A stretch of 64,000 nucleotides of DNA from Chrysomallon squamiferum. Lineage: Eukaryota; Animalia; Mollusca. The translations under genes were made by a program, and so were the position numbers. Shown one piece after another: positions 28,508 to 43,372 of the stretch. Within the stretch, counting starts at the first letter, position 1. Each line of letters starts with the position of its first letter. A model generated the notes under the pieces. That model was not told the DNA's origin. It saw only the letters and a list, made by a program, of their open reading frames with translations, and made no database searches. The stretch spans positions 25,358,001 through 25,422,000 of the forward strand of contig CM022677.1 in NCBI GenBank assembly GCA_012295275.1, written 5' to 3'.

Positions 28508-29345
28508 ATTAAACATGTTCTTGAAATTATCATCATCGTCGTCATTGTCATCATTACTTTTACCATGACCGTTATAATTCATTACGTCATCGTTATAACT
28601 GAATCTACACCCCATTAATTCTGCCATTACTGTCTCTACTATTAACTACATCAGTACCACCACCACTATTACATCTACGACTACTGCTGCTCTTACCAGC
28701 ACTACAACTACTACTGCTACTACTGTTGTATTACTACTACTATGGCTACTGCTATTACCGCGACCACCACTACTACAAGCATTATTTATTATAATTACAA
28801 GGCCGTTGTCAGACTATTATTTATATGTTGTTGTCGCTGTCCTTTCTGCTTCTGTTATTATTAAATTTAAAAAAATCACTGCAGTCTATCTCACGTCTGA
28901 AAATGTCAAGGACAAAGTCGTGTAAATCTGTTTTGAAAAATTATCAGCGCTTGTCTGTCACGTGATGATGAACCAGTCACCTCTGCTAATCTACGCCTCG
29001 ATGTTTTAATCTCGTTAGATGCCGCGCATTACCAGTCGAAATTTAATAACTGCGTTCTCGACCTTTACGTTTATTACAAAAAAAATTGTTTTTTTTGTTT
29101 TTTGTTTTTTCTTCTTTTCGGATTTTCGTTTTTTGATTTTTGTATTTTTTTTCTTACTTTCTTCTTTTCTTCTACATTTTCATTTTTAATCTTCTTTTTG
29201 TTTTTCTTTCTTTCTTTATTTTTTCTTCTTCTTCTTCTTTTCATTATTATTATTATTAGTAGTAGTAGCAGTAGTAGTAATAGTAGTATCATCATCATCA
29301 TCATCATTATTTATTTATTTATTTATTTATTTATTGTTATTTTTA

Positions 29346-29387
<42 letters not shown>

Positions 29388-29539
29388 GTTTTTGTTTTGT
29401 TAGCTAAAGTTACACATCTTTGTAGAATCAGCATCCAAAGAAAATAATTTTAAAACGTAGCAGTTGTCAAGAAGACGGCGATGACGACGGCAATGATGAT
29501 GATAACGATTATTGTGATGATGATAAATTATTGTATTGC

Positions 29540-29780
29540 TACTATCACTACTACTGCTACTACTGCTGTAATACCAATACCACTACCACGCTATTGCCAC
29601 CATCATTATTACTACCATCACTACTGCTACTACTACTACTCTACTACTATAACTACTACTATCACTACTACTACTACTGCTACTGCTATAATAATACTAC
29701 CACTACCACGCTATTGCAATCATCATTATTACTACCATCACTACTGCTACTACTACTACTACTATTACTACTACTACTAC
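29540..29780. repeat. Two-copy 120-bp tandem duplication in (TAC)n-derived low-complexity DNA
   Basis: CACTACCACGCTATTGC...CATCATTATTACTACCATCACTACTGCTAC at 29581 and 29701. Confidence 0.8.
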
Positions 29781-30447
29781 TGCTATTGTTACTACTACTA
29801 TTTCAATAATAATAATAATAAAAATAATAGTAATAATAATAATAACAATAATAACAACAACAACAACAACAACAATAAAAACCAGTATTAATAATGATGT
29901 TGATGATCCTGAAAATGATGATGAAGACAAGACAGCTTGTTAACTGGTAAGAACAATGAGCTGCACTGATGTCATGTTTACGTTGTGCCTGTAAGACAAA
30001 CCCTCAAGTAGGTAATAAACACTCGTCAAACTACGACGTCTGCCACACAGACGACGTTGCCTGAGGAATTCTGGGATATCTGGGTCAAAACGTTGTTGTA
30101 ACGTCTACCCTGAAGGAAATCTTTGAAATGTTTATTTTAATATGATCAAACGAAGAAGAACTAACTTTCATTCCTTTCTTCTTTTTCTTTCGTTCGATCT
30201 CAGTTTTGTAACTTTTATTTTTTTTTTTTTTTTTTCTTTCCGTTTTTTTTTTTCTTTTTTTCATTTCTTCATCTTGTATATATTTACCTTTGTATTTCAT
30301 TAATTTCTGACTAGTTCAATATATTCTGTAGTGATTTTTAAAATTATTATTACTACTATACTACGACTACTACTACTACTACTGGTACGATTTCTATTGC
30401 TATTACTACTGCTACTACTACTACTTGCACTTTTAATTCTAGTAATA

Positions 30448-30623
30448 ATGTTACTCATACATCTACGTCTATGTTACTACTACTACTACCACTACAACTG
30501 TCATTACAGTAAAGTTGTATTACAACTATTAGTACTACTACTACTACTACATCTATTTCTGTTATTATGACAATTACTACATTAACACCACCATTACTGT
30601 TACAAGCAACACTTCCACTAATA
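30448..30623 (+). repeat. Dispersed direct repeat copy 2 (partner 22297-22470)
   Basis: Same three anchors as 22297-22470. Confidence 0.85.
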
Positions 30624-31516
30624 CAAATACAAATACTACTACTATTACAACAACGACTGCTGTTACTACTGAGAATAACTATCTGTCACGAACAACTTTT
30701 GTAATATAACCGACAGAGATAAAAACAGAAAAAATAAACGAAAAAAAAAAAAAAAACAAAACAAAAAAAACACAAAAAAAAAAAATAATAATAATAATAA
30801 AACGCAAGAACAATTTGTCCCTTTCTTATTTGCATTTGTAACGCAACAAGGTTAACCATGAAACATTAACCAACTCATTTTTTCTTCTTTTTTTTTGTTA
30901 TTTCTAAAATATTCGCTATCTGTATATTACACAAGATCAAATCACAAAAGATTAAAAAAAAAAAAAAAAAAAAAAAATTATATCACGTGACACTATGGCA
31001 GACGACAACAACACCTGCTATCTCTGTAATCGTCAGTGCAACGCTTAAAGGCGCGAAATTTTTTTTTTTTTTTTTTTTTTGATTTAAAAACACGGGATCA
31101 ACCATTTACACAACAAACTTGAAAAGGTACTCAATGTCAACAGCCAGGCGAATAACAGACAGTCTATTTTTAGTACACGTTTTGATTGACTCACGAGCAG
31201 CCGGTGTAACCTTCTTTTGTTCCTTGTGGCAGTTGGTAATAAAACGATATTTCATTGTTGTTTTATTTTTTTTAATTTTTCAATTGTTTCTATTTTGAAA
31301 TTGCCCGTGGTTGTGTGAATTCTAGATGCTCAGAAGTGTGGTTAACGGCCATTTATAAGTATAAAGAATATCATCCTACATATGTACTGACATTATCATT
31401 AAATTGTGTAGAGAAAGATACATATATACTTATTTTAAAATTTCAGAACTACGTATAATGCAGTATACATAAACATATTGACAAAGATGTCATATATATA
31501 TTTAATTATAAAAGTA

Positions 31517-31633
<117 letters not shown>

Positions 31634-31682
31634 GTCTCTCTCCCTGTCTCTGTCTGTTTCTCTCTCTATTTCTCTCTCTCTG

Positions 31683-31749
<67 letters not shown>

Positions 31750-31760
31750 TACACACAAAA

Positions 31761-31805
<45 letters not shown>

Positions 31806-32521
31806 ACACATACATTCAAACATATAAAAGATGTAGAAATATTTCGCACACACCCACTAACAATAAGCGTGACAAACTGTGACACGAAAATAGCGTCACC
31901 TAATTTTCTCTTGACTCTTCGTAATTCAAAAATATCTAACACACGTAGATAATGCCAATAATCAACAGACGTATAATGAATAACACAAATACTGTACACA
32001 GTTACTTTACCAAAACTGAAAATAAAGGCAACGAAAATAAGACAGAATTTATCTGCAGTTCATTTCTCAATAATGCAATCTCATCCGTCTGTATCTAATT
32101 TTACGAAATTTGCCGGAAACCGGAAACTTTACCAGACAATAGATTTCTGATGATTCGACGATCCCCCTCCGAGCGGTTCGTGTTCGGAATAATTCGGAAA
32201 ATGTTACGAATGTTCTCGAAAGGGTTTTGTTCGTGACCCACTGGTTTTTGACACGGGACTGGGTCAGATTGGAATTTGACCTGATTTTCTTCGAAAGTTC
32301 GAGTTTGCAGTGAATCAGCGAATTGTGTTAATTCGTGCATTGATGAATACTCTGTTTCTTTCTTTTTTTTTTTTTTTTTATTTTGAAGTTAAATTTCGTA
32401 AGCAAAATTTGTAACATCTTAAAGAAAGAAAAATAGAAAAAAAAAGAGAAAGAAAATCAGATATACATGGATAGAGAGATGGGTGTATACTCTATGTATC
32501 TGCTGCTGAAACTTTGTCTAA

Positions 32522-32622
<101 letters not shown>

Positions 32623-33310
32623 TTTATATTAATCAGTCTGTCACTTCATCTCATCGTTAAACATTTTTTTATCCATCCCTTCATTCATACACTCATTTCC
32701 ACTTCGTTCTATTTCTCTTTGTACCCAACTGTATCGTTCTCATTTTCATTTAACGTTATTTAAACTGTGTTAATATTCTGAAACAAACATAATAACCTCA
32801 CACAAAGGGACTTGTTACAGATATAACATCCTTCAAATAAATCCACAACCAATTCTCATCTTAAGTAAATAATTTGAGGCTTAAGTAAAACATTACTTCT
32901 CGTCAGTGAGATAACAGAACTATTTGATCTATCTCGAATTCCTGTATTTGCTTCGTCTTAAGTGTTGAAATTATGTCTTTACGAGAGGCTATTAAGAATC
33001 TCCATTTTCTGTTCAGAAATATTTTACTTATTTGTCAGTTAAATCTTGTTTAAAATCAAAGACGTTGTTAAGGCGTTTTATCACTATATTACTTTACAAT
33101 TTACTACTTATTGGAGCAATTTCCCCTTCATCTGTACGTTAATGAAAGCGTCAGAAGAAAGGAAAGATTATGGTCTACGTTTTGCTTCAACAATTTAAAC
33201 GTTAGCGGAAGATTTCTAAAAACAGTACAGACTGATTGAGGGATTAGTGGATTTATATTATTATTATTATTGATCTTGTTGTTGTTGTTGTTGCTATTCT
33301 TTTGTTGTTT

Positions 33311-33439
<129 letters not shown>

Positions 33440-34632
33440 GTATATACAATTTATTTATTTACTTTTATTAACTTTTTTATCAATTTTCCTTCTCTCTGAA
33501 ATTCAGCACGTCAAGTTTGAAATCATGTATGTTAATGTATCTGTCTGCTTTATTAGTTTAAGAAAATAAATATATTATTGGCACATATATATTTATTAAT
33601 TTATTAATATGAATACATATAAACACGACAGTAAATTTATATACATATATATATACATACATATATAACTCCTGCTGTTCTGAATGGCTTTGATTTGTAT
33701 TAACAAACTGTTGTATTGTTTAACAATCATTATAAAAAGCTATATATTTTATCTCGGCTCACATTTTTATACCACTAATTGGATTTTAGGTGACAATAGA
33801 TCTTTATTAGTCAAAAAAAATAAAAATAAAAGAATTACGTATGTATTGCATCAATGATACGTTTGTCAAAGCTTCATGATATTGATCTGAACAGAATACA
33901 AATAATAATAAAAATAATTGTAAAATTATACAGATATGTATGAGGTTTGATGCGAAAATGTGTATGTGGTCAAAAAATTTTTTTTATATATATACTGATG
34001 TTTTAGTTTGAGTTATTATTATTGAATCAAAGTTGTTTCGTCAGCAATTGTTTGTTTGTTTATTTATCTTTGTTGTTTGTCCAGTACTTTATTTATTTAT
34101 TTATTTATTTGTCTGTTTGTTTATTTATTTATTATCGTGTTTGTTTATTTATTTATTTGTTTGCTTATTTGTCCTTATTTGTTTTGATTTGTTTGGAATG
34201 TATTTTTTTCTTATCTTATTATTATTATTATTTAAACTATGCCTTATGGTACCTTTTCATGCAACGTGTCACATAACGTAATAAGATGTAGATGAACGTG
34301 TTTACATCATGATACAAATAATTTTACAACAAACATTATTACACTGTTACCATGACAGCGACATCAACAACTACAACATGTCGATAAAATAAACAATGTA
34401 GATCAAAATAGACGTTTAAGTTACAAAGTTTTACTTTACGTGTAACAATTACAGAAATAATAAAATTATGACGTAGCTGAGAAGTTGAGCGCTTAAATGA
34501 CGCATATCGGGAAAGGTCAATCCACGTAGGTGGGCTTTTTCTCGTTCCAGAAAAGGCTCCTGAAAGTGAAATAATAAAATTAAAAAAAATGATTGACATC
34601 GTTCTGTCTGTAAGATAATGATAATAATGATA

Positions 34633-34663
<31 letters not shown>

Positions 34664-34854
34664 CACAAACAACAAACACACACACACACACAAAATAAAA
34701 AAACACACACAACACACACACACAAAAATAAAAAAAAATCGTATTCTTGCTAAATAAAACGTGTAAAACTATGGTGCCGAAGGATTTCGCTTTTCATTCT
34801 GACGTTGTTTTTTTTTTTTTATCGATATTACAACAATGTGTAATAATAGATACA

Positions 34855-35157
34855 TCACAGATTAGCAAAATATTCCTATTTTTGAAATGACAAGACAATT
34901 AAATGTGTTGTATTATTTTTAACAAAACATGTAAATAAATCAAAATTTTTTTTAAAAAAAATCTGTAAATATAAATAAATAAATAGGAAGGTGTTATTCT
35001 CGTTCTATGACGTCACAGATTAGCAAAATATTCTATTTTTGATATGACAAAACTATTAAACGTGTTGTATTATTTTTAACAAAATCTCTAAATAAATAAA
35101 AAATCAGTAAATATAAATAAATAAATAGGAAGGTGTGATTCTAGATCTGTGACGTCA
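34855..35157. repeat. Two-copy tandem duplication, about 145-158 bp, each copy ending in TGACGTCA
   Basis: TCACAGATTAGCAAAATATTC at 34855 and 35013; AAATAAATAGGAAGGTGT in both; TGACGTCA at 35008 and 35150. Confidence 0.85.
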
Positions 35158-35309
35158 TTGATCATTGTTCTGTAACTGAAATATGTTGACATGGATACAT
35201 AAAATGTGAGATGGTATAAAATAGTTTAGTTGTACTGTACATAATTTATTGTTTAAAAATGTAACACACGGAGAATGATAAATAGTTAGTTTGTTAATAG
35301 AGATCATTA

Positions 35310-35374
<65 letters not shown>

Positions 35375-36099
35375 AGAGAGAGAGAAAGAGAGAGAGAGAT
35401 AAGAGACGAAGAAAAAAGGAGAATAAAGAATGAGAGAAACCTAACGTGTGTGCGTATGTGCGTGTATGTTTGTACTGTACTATATCTACTACTACTACCA
35501 ATATTACTATTCTACCAATAATAATACCACTACCAATACTATACTATATCTACTACCAATGCTACTGCTACTACTACTACTACTGCTACTGCTACTACTA
35601 CCAACAATATCACTACGTTTATATGTGAACATGTGTGCGTGTCTATGTTAGTGTATCTACTGGGGACATTCAGTACAGAAGTCTCAATGAACGATTCATT
35701 GCTAACTGGTGATAATGAGACATTAATTCTGTTTACTGTTTCTAAGACACCTCTTTCAGTAAAACATCAGTATCGATCAGCATTATTCTCGGTTATCTAT
35801 GTAGATACATTTTTATGTACTCTATATTGATGTATAGGTAAGTGATCCCAACATAATTGCATTTAACGTGATTAGAATCATGTGCACACTGACATACATA
35901 GGCCAGTATTGTTTCCTTTTTCTTCATCCTTTTGTTTCTATGTCATAATTTTTTATTAGACCTCTTTTTTTCGATCTCTCTCTCTCTCTTTTTTTTATTT
36001 TATTTTGTTTTGTTTTATTTTATTTTATTTTATTTTATTTTATTTTATTTTATTTTATTTTTATTTTTATTTCTATTTTTATTTATATTTTTATTTTTA

Positions 36100-36151
<52 letters not shown>

Positions 36152-36385
36152 TTAATACCAGATCAATTAGGTACAAATGTATTTTCACACTATAAAGGAT
36201 AGAAGTTTGATATATTTGTACAATTCATTGATCTAATTCATTATATGTGCTGAAAACAACAACAACAACAAAAAACACTGTGTATATGAAGTTAATATTT
36301 CCTTGTTTTTGTTTTTCTTTCTGTTTGCACGATTAACAGCATGTATCAACATATTGAAAACTTGTATTTATATTTGTTTACTCTT

Positions 36386-36485
<100 letters not shown>

Positions 36486-37875
36486 TGCATATGATTATCC
36501 TGACCCTCTTTGCATTTTAAAATATTCATCATCAACATACCTTAACCTCCTCCCCGTCATCATCAACATCATCATCATCATCATCATCATTCCAACAATA
36601 AAAGAAGATTACGTCACCGACTACAGATGTCAATAAACCTTAACTGCAGCCAACCACGTATATAAATCTTACACTGGTGTAGTTAATGAGTCGAATGACA
36701 GTAAGAACATTTTAATGACGTCGTGACCCACGTCATTAGCACGTGAAGTATTAGTTCTGACAGCTGACGTCTACAAATGTGAGACGTCATTATAATTACC
36801 TCGCATACGACGTGCACTTTATCACAGCCGCCGTCGTTGATGCTGCTGATATCTTTAAATTGCTGTCTTTATTTTTATCATAAAACTGGGTTTTTTTTTT
36901 TTTTTTTTTTTTTTCGTTGTTTGCTATCATCTTATTTCGTGTCTTGTTTTGTCTTCATCCTAATCTTTTCTCTTATTTCTCTCTGTCTGTCTGTCTGTCT
37001 GTCATATACATGTATAAATGTCTCTATATATTTATATATGTGTAGTGTATGTGTGTGTATGTATGTGTGTGAGTGTGTGTATATGTGTGTATGGGTGTGT
37101 GTGTGTGTGTGATGTATCTGTTTCTCTGTGTGTATGTGTGTTCTCTAACTTTGTAGCTTTCTATATTTTCTCTAATTTGTTCATTTAATTCGTTCATTTT
37201 CTTCCTTCTTATTATCCAGTCGTTTATTTCATTCTTTCATTTCTTTTCTCTGAGTTCTTTTGTCTTCATATTTTTTTCTTTCTTACCCTTTAATCTTCTT
37301 TCTTTCATTATTTCCTTCCTTCTTTCTCTCTTTTCTATTTCATCCTTTTTTTTTCTTTCTTTCTTTTTTTTTTTTTTTTTTTTTTTTCACTTCCAATACT
37401 GTGAGATAAAAATCGCATTATCAGATGAGACAGACAACGCCCGACAAATGTCCATCATTAATCTACTGTCCGAATATAAATCCGGACATTTCCAGCCGTT
37501 CGTTCACGCTCCAGTAAGCCGCACACTGCCCGAACCAATGAACCGTGAACTTACTGAAGTTAAATGATCTCCTCTCTCGTTTCTAAATGGAACCGCGAGA
37601 AAAAAAATTTCGTGTGAAAATATCGGATTTCATCGATTCGATTCAATCAACCGTTTAAAACTTTACTCACACCCACACGCACACACGCACGCACGCACGG
37701 ACGCACGCACACTGGTGTGTTGGTATGTTAAACTGTTGGAATTTTTTAGATACTGATTAGTTAATGGGATTAGAGTTTGAAGTGATCGCGTATTTCCTGA
37801 GGGAATTCTGTGTAGGATTTGACAAAAGCAAATATTTTAAATAAGTCTTCGTGTATGACGTTGTCCTTTTTTGTT

Positions 37876-37936
<61 letters not shown>

Positions 37937-38982
37937 CTTTGTGCGATTTAATTATCTCTTTTTATCTCTTTATCTCTGTCTGTCGGACTGTAATCAGTCT
38001 ATACGTCTGTTTGTCTGTTTAACTGTCTGTCTTTCTATTTGTCTATTTCGTTTGTCTGTTTTTGTTCTGTCTCTCTGGTTTTCTTACTACTACTGAGTTG
38101 ATTAATTTGTTTGTGCTATCTGTATTTTAGTTGTTTTTTTTTTGTTTTTTTTTTTTTTTTTAATTAATTTATTTATTTAAATATTATCAAGGCAAATGTC
38201 GTTTCCAAAAGAGTGCATCTTTTATCTCTGTCTACTTCTTTTTCTTTCATTTTATTTTTTATTTTTTATAAACTATCGTCCAAAACAAGCTAAACATTTC
38301 TTTCTTTCTTTTTTTTTTTTTAAAATCAGGGGAATGCCTGTAAGATTTAGCATCTCACTCTCTTCTGACACAAGCATCTTTCACTTTGATCGAAAACAAT
38401 TTGCACTCTTTTATTTCACTTTATCGACCTGTCTCCCTTCGTAATCTCTCGCTGTCACGCGCAAAATCATTACGTCACGAGGCGACCCTGCGGTTACGTC
38501 ACTAAATCCTGCCGGCTCGCTTCAAGAAAGACCGACGAAACGAAATGAAAAGTAATATTATCGGTTAATTTAGCCTTCGGCATTCTGCTTGCGAACGACG
38601 GGCATTTATCGTGGTAATGTTATCGTTTAATTTGGCCTTTTGCACCGTTTCCGAGGCAGACGACATTTGCCGATGTCAGTTTGACAGACAGTAGTGCGAT
38701 TAATTTCAAATGAGACGACGATTTCAAAAAGCAGCCACTGACAGCGATTTTGTTTGAAATGGAGATTGGGAAATTAAAAATAAATAAAGAAAAGGAGGTT
38801 TGAAAAGAAAAAGAAGGAAGAAAAGAAGAGTTTTTTTTTTTTTTTTTTTTTCTGTTTGTCCCTATATCCAGTGTCGATTAACTAGAACGTTTTATATGCC
38901 TGTGTAACAGTGTATGTGGGTTTTGGGTTACTTTTTGGTTTGTCGTCTTCGTTTTTTTCTTCTTCTTCTTTTTCTTCTTTTT

Positions 38983-39013
<31 letters not shown>

Positions 39014-39089
39014 TAATTATTATTATTTGCTTATTTATTTATTTATTAATTTATTATTTTATTAATTTATATATATTTATTTATTTATT

Positions 39090-39152
<63 letters not shown>

Positions 39153-39454
39153 TTTTTTATTTTATTTTTTTGTGTCACATGTACCTGTCTGTCGTTCTTT
39201 CGCTTTTTATTTATTACATGACAAGAATTGTGTGTCTTTGTAAATATTATTTTTATTATTATTTTTACTTTTATTTATTTATTTATTTTATTTTATTTTA
39301 TTTTATTTAAAAGTAGAAACATATAAATATTTGTTTACACTTTCGGTAGCAATTTGTGATTATGTGTTTGTGTCTCTATTTTGTAATCGTTCGTATTTAT
39401 TTATATTTTAAAAATTCGTTTATCCTTTAATCCTAGTCTCTCTCTCCCTCCCTC

Positions 39455-39500
<46 letters not shown>

Positions 39501-40023
39501 CTCTCCCTCCCTCCCTCCCTCCATCCCTCCCACCCTCTCTCATCCAAGCTTTCTCTAAACTAATATATAAAAAAGAAAAAGTCTATTACTAGGCACTCTG
39601 GTATTCATATTAATTACAAAAAACAGATCTTGCTGACAGCGGCTATTAATTTTCTGTGAAGGGGCTGAGGAAAGTTGTAATCAGCTATAAATCTGAAATA
39701 AACACGTTACCGAAATCAATACCAAATTTGTAAAGTCATCAATCATATCTCCGCTATTGGCCTATCGCCGTAATGAACAAGAAAATATTTATTTGCTTAT
39801 GTCGATCGTAACATAAAAGCTCAATTTTATATTGTTCTTTTATTTTGTTTTTCTTTGTGTTGTCGATTATTGAAACTACATAATGATACAGGTGTTTCTC
39901 CTTAACTAGAACCGATGTGATTTTACTGCTATCACTTTTGTTTTCTCGATATATAATCATTTATGTTTATAATTATAATGATTATTACTGTTATCATTAT
40001 CATCAAGGTTATTATCTTTGTTT

Positions 40024-40079
<56 letters not shown>

Positions 40080-41107
40080 TTCTTATCTGATTCTTCTTTC
40101 ATATTTTTCATCTTTTTTCTTCTTATTCTTTTTATACCTTTGTCTTTTGTTCTGTTTCTTCTCTCCTGTTTTTACTATGCTGCTGCTGCTGCTGCTACTA
40201 CTACTACTACTACTACTGCTATTAGTACTACTACTACTGCTACTACTACTACTACTACAAGTACTACAACTCGCATGGTAACTCTGCTTATTATAACAAC
40301 TACAACACTGCTACTAAAACTACAACCACTATGTTACAACTACTACATAACATAAAATGATGTCATTACTACAACTACGACTAAGACAACAGCTTCATAT
40401 TCACCCCCGCCCACCCAATCTTACTATTCACTTTCTTTTTCAACGTCACCATCTTTGCAAATAAATACACGAACCGAAACTTCCCAATTATTTCTAACAG
40501 ACAAACAAACGACGCGGGCATCAACGTCTTCACCATAACCTCCACCTTCAGCGCTGGCATCCTCAGATTAACAACGTCAACGCTGGGGGCACTGGTAATG
40601 TAAAACAAAGCCGACAACCTAATTAGGTCCATTTTGGCCGCTGATTCAAACATGGCGGACTGTTAGAGTCGCGAAGAAGGGTGAAAAAAAAAAAAAAAAA
40701 AAAATGAAAAAAAAAACAGTTTCTCGTTGTTTTCCCCGAAACGAAACAAGTCAATTACTTAAAGTAATGCACAAACAGCGCCATAACACATCGCGAAGCT
40801 GGCGATTTTTAGGAAAAACTCATCTCCTTCCAGGCCATCTCCATTAACCTCTCTTCATCCACCAGCTAATCTCTATTCATGTGTGAGGTATTACCGGCCT
40901 TCTCCTATCGTCGTGTTTTTCGTTTTTCGTTGTTTTTTTTTTTTTTTTTTGACTGTTCAGCAACAATCGGCTGAAGAAAGAACAAAGTAGAAAGAGAGAA
41001 AGAAAGGAATAAATGCAGGAATAATTATCAAAACAGGTTAAGAATAATGGCTTGCAATGCTGTTGCTGCTATAACAACATCTACTACTGCTTATATTACT
41101 GCTACCA

Positions 41108-41420
41108 CTGCTCCTATCGATATTGCTATGTTACGATTACTATACTGTTACTACTACTACTTCTGCTTATAGAACTGCTCTTGTGGTACTACTACTATTA
41201 TTACCACTAATACCACTGCTAGTACTACTACTACTACTGCTACTACTACTACTACTGCTGCTGCTGCTTATGCAGATACTACGCTTGTATTACTACAACC
41301 AGTACTACTACTACTGCTCCTATCAATATTGCTACGATTACAGTACTGTTACTACTACCACTTTTGCTTCTAGAACTGCTGCTGGTTTTACCACTATTAC
41401 TACCACTAATACCACTAATA
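41108..41420. repeat. Diverged tandem duplication (period about 205 bp) in a (TAC)n/(CTG)n low-complexity block
   Basis: CTGCTCCTATC(G/A)ATATTGCTA...TACGATTAC...TACTGTTACTACTAC...TAGAACTGCT occurs near 41108 and 41314. Confidence 0.7.
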
Positions 41421-41423
41421 CCC

Positions 41424-41478
<55 letters not shown>

Positions 41479-42253
41479 CACTGCTATACTGCTGTTGCTG
41501 CTGCTGCTGCTGCTACTATTATTTCTACTATTAACATCACAAATACTCCTACTATTACTAGAATTGTTGCCAGTTTTACTACTGCTTCTATTACTGATGC
41601 TGCAACTACTACTGTCATTACCACTGCTTCCACTAGTACTGCAGCTACTACTGCTATTAATAATAATAATAATAATAAAAAAAATAATCATAATAATAAT
41701 CATCATCAGCAGCCTCATAATCATAATCATCATAATATTACGTTGATGATAATAATGATGATGATGGTGATGACGATGATGTCGTGTATTTCTGAACATA
41801 GAATTTACACTACGAATATAAAATAAAAAGCAACGCAAGCTAACGATGTTTTTTTTAATATTTTATATTCGTTAAATTTCGAGAAACTGTAAAACCCGGT
41901 GGCTATTTGTAATCACAAAAAACCTACTACTACAACAATGGATGTGTTTTTTCTTCAGAAAACCTTTAACTTCCTCGTAACGTCTGCCGTTTAGGACCAA
42001 CACAAACAAACACAGACTGAACGAACCGGACTACAATTAACCCTTTGCACGTCAAATCTCCAATGTAAACAGATAAAATTGGATAAAACGTCATTTGCTC
42101 CCCCCCGCCCCCCGCATGTACCGCTGCCGTCTTTGTTAATACGTATTTGCTTGAGTAATCCTAGTGTAAATATTGACCGCGGTAAGCTTAGAAAATATTT
42201 TTGAAGTGTATTAAGCTTACTTGTCAAAAATATGATCAAGAAGATGAAAAGGA

Positions 42254-42373
<120 letters not shown>

Positions 42374-43154
42374 AAGAAGGGTGAGCCAGTTGGGAAAAGA
42401 AGTAAAATGGAGAGAGAAAAAGCTGGCATACCTAGACTGCCAGAAAAGAAGATGTGGAAATAGACAGTTAGATAAATAGAGATAAAGAAGATAGATATAC
42501 ATATACGTAGACAGACAGACAGACAGATAAATAGAGATAAAGAAGATAGATAGACAGATACTTAGCAGACAGACAGACAGACAGATCGTTGGATGGGTTG
42601 ATAGATGGATGGATGGATCGATGAAAAGATGGATGGTGGATAGAAGGATAGAGAGATGGATGGACAAATACAGAGACGGAAATAGATAGATTGATTTATA
42701 GATAGACAGTTAGACAGACAGATGATAGAAAGACATGCAGAAATATACACAGACAGAAAGACAGACAGAGAAGGTTAGAAAAATAACATATCAAATTGTT
42801 CTGTTTTTGCTGATATCAGTGCGAAACAGAAGAAAAGTAAAAACACATCTTCAGACATCTTAATCGTTTTCTTATTATCGACCGGTTCTTTTCTATTTTC
42901 CGCCTCTCGCTGTTAATGTTAAGTACCTTTCTACGCGTAATAATATTGACAGCAGGCGCAGTCGTCTTTGAAAATAGTTCGTGTGTTTTGTACGAGTGCT
43001 GCTGCACGCGATGTTGTAAATAACATTTTATTTCAAGTTTTTATTTTCTTAAAAACATCTCTGTACTCTGAAAATGTGAGATATTTAAAACATTACGTTA
43101 TTAAGTGGTGATGTGATAAAATTAGAAAACAATATATTAATAATAATAATGATG

Positions 43155-43210
<56 letters not shown>

Positions 43211-43372
43211 TGTCGTCCGCTACCGTAGTGCTGGAGTTCGAGTCTCGTCAGCGGCATCTGACGGGTTTGTGAGGTCGTGATTGGACTTTGTCCTTCTGCG
43301 CCAGTGCGTTCCCGAATATTGTCTATGTGCAGAGTCTAACCATACATACATAAGACAGAGAATATTCATTTC
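43211..43372 (+). mobile_element. Probable 5'-truncated tRNA-derived SINE fragment
   Basis: Isolated GC-richer segment beginning right after an (AAT)n tract, Pol III B-box GTTCGAGTC at 43236-43244, ending near a (CATA)n-type tail. No A-box or target-site duplication visible. Confidence 0.35.

Noticed and set aside
40501-40594. Candidate missing exon 2 (CTAACAG acceptor, C-ending codons QTNDAGINVFTITSTF...)
   Set aside because: That frame needs phase 2; in phase 1 it hits TAA after 11 codons, and it lacks the hydrophobic-Cys start expected for the receptor's next exon.
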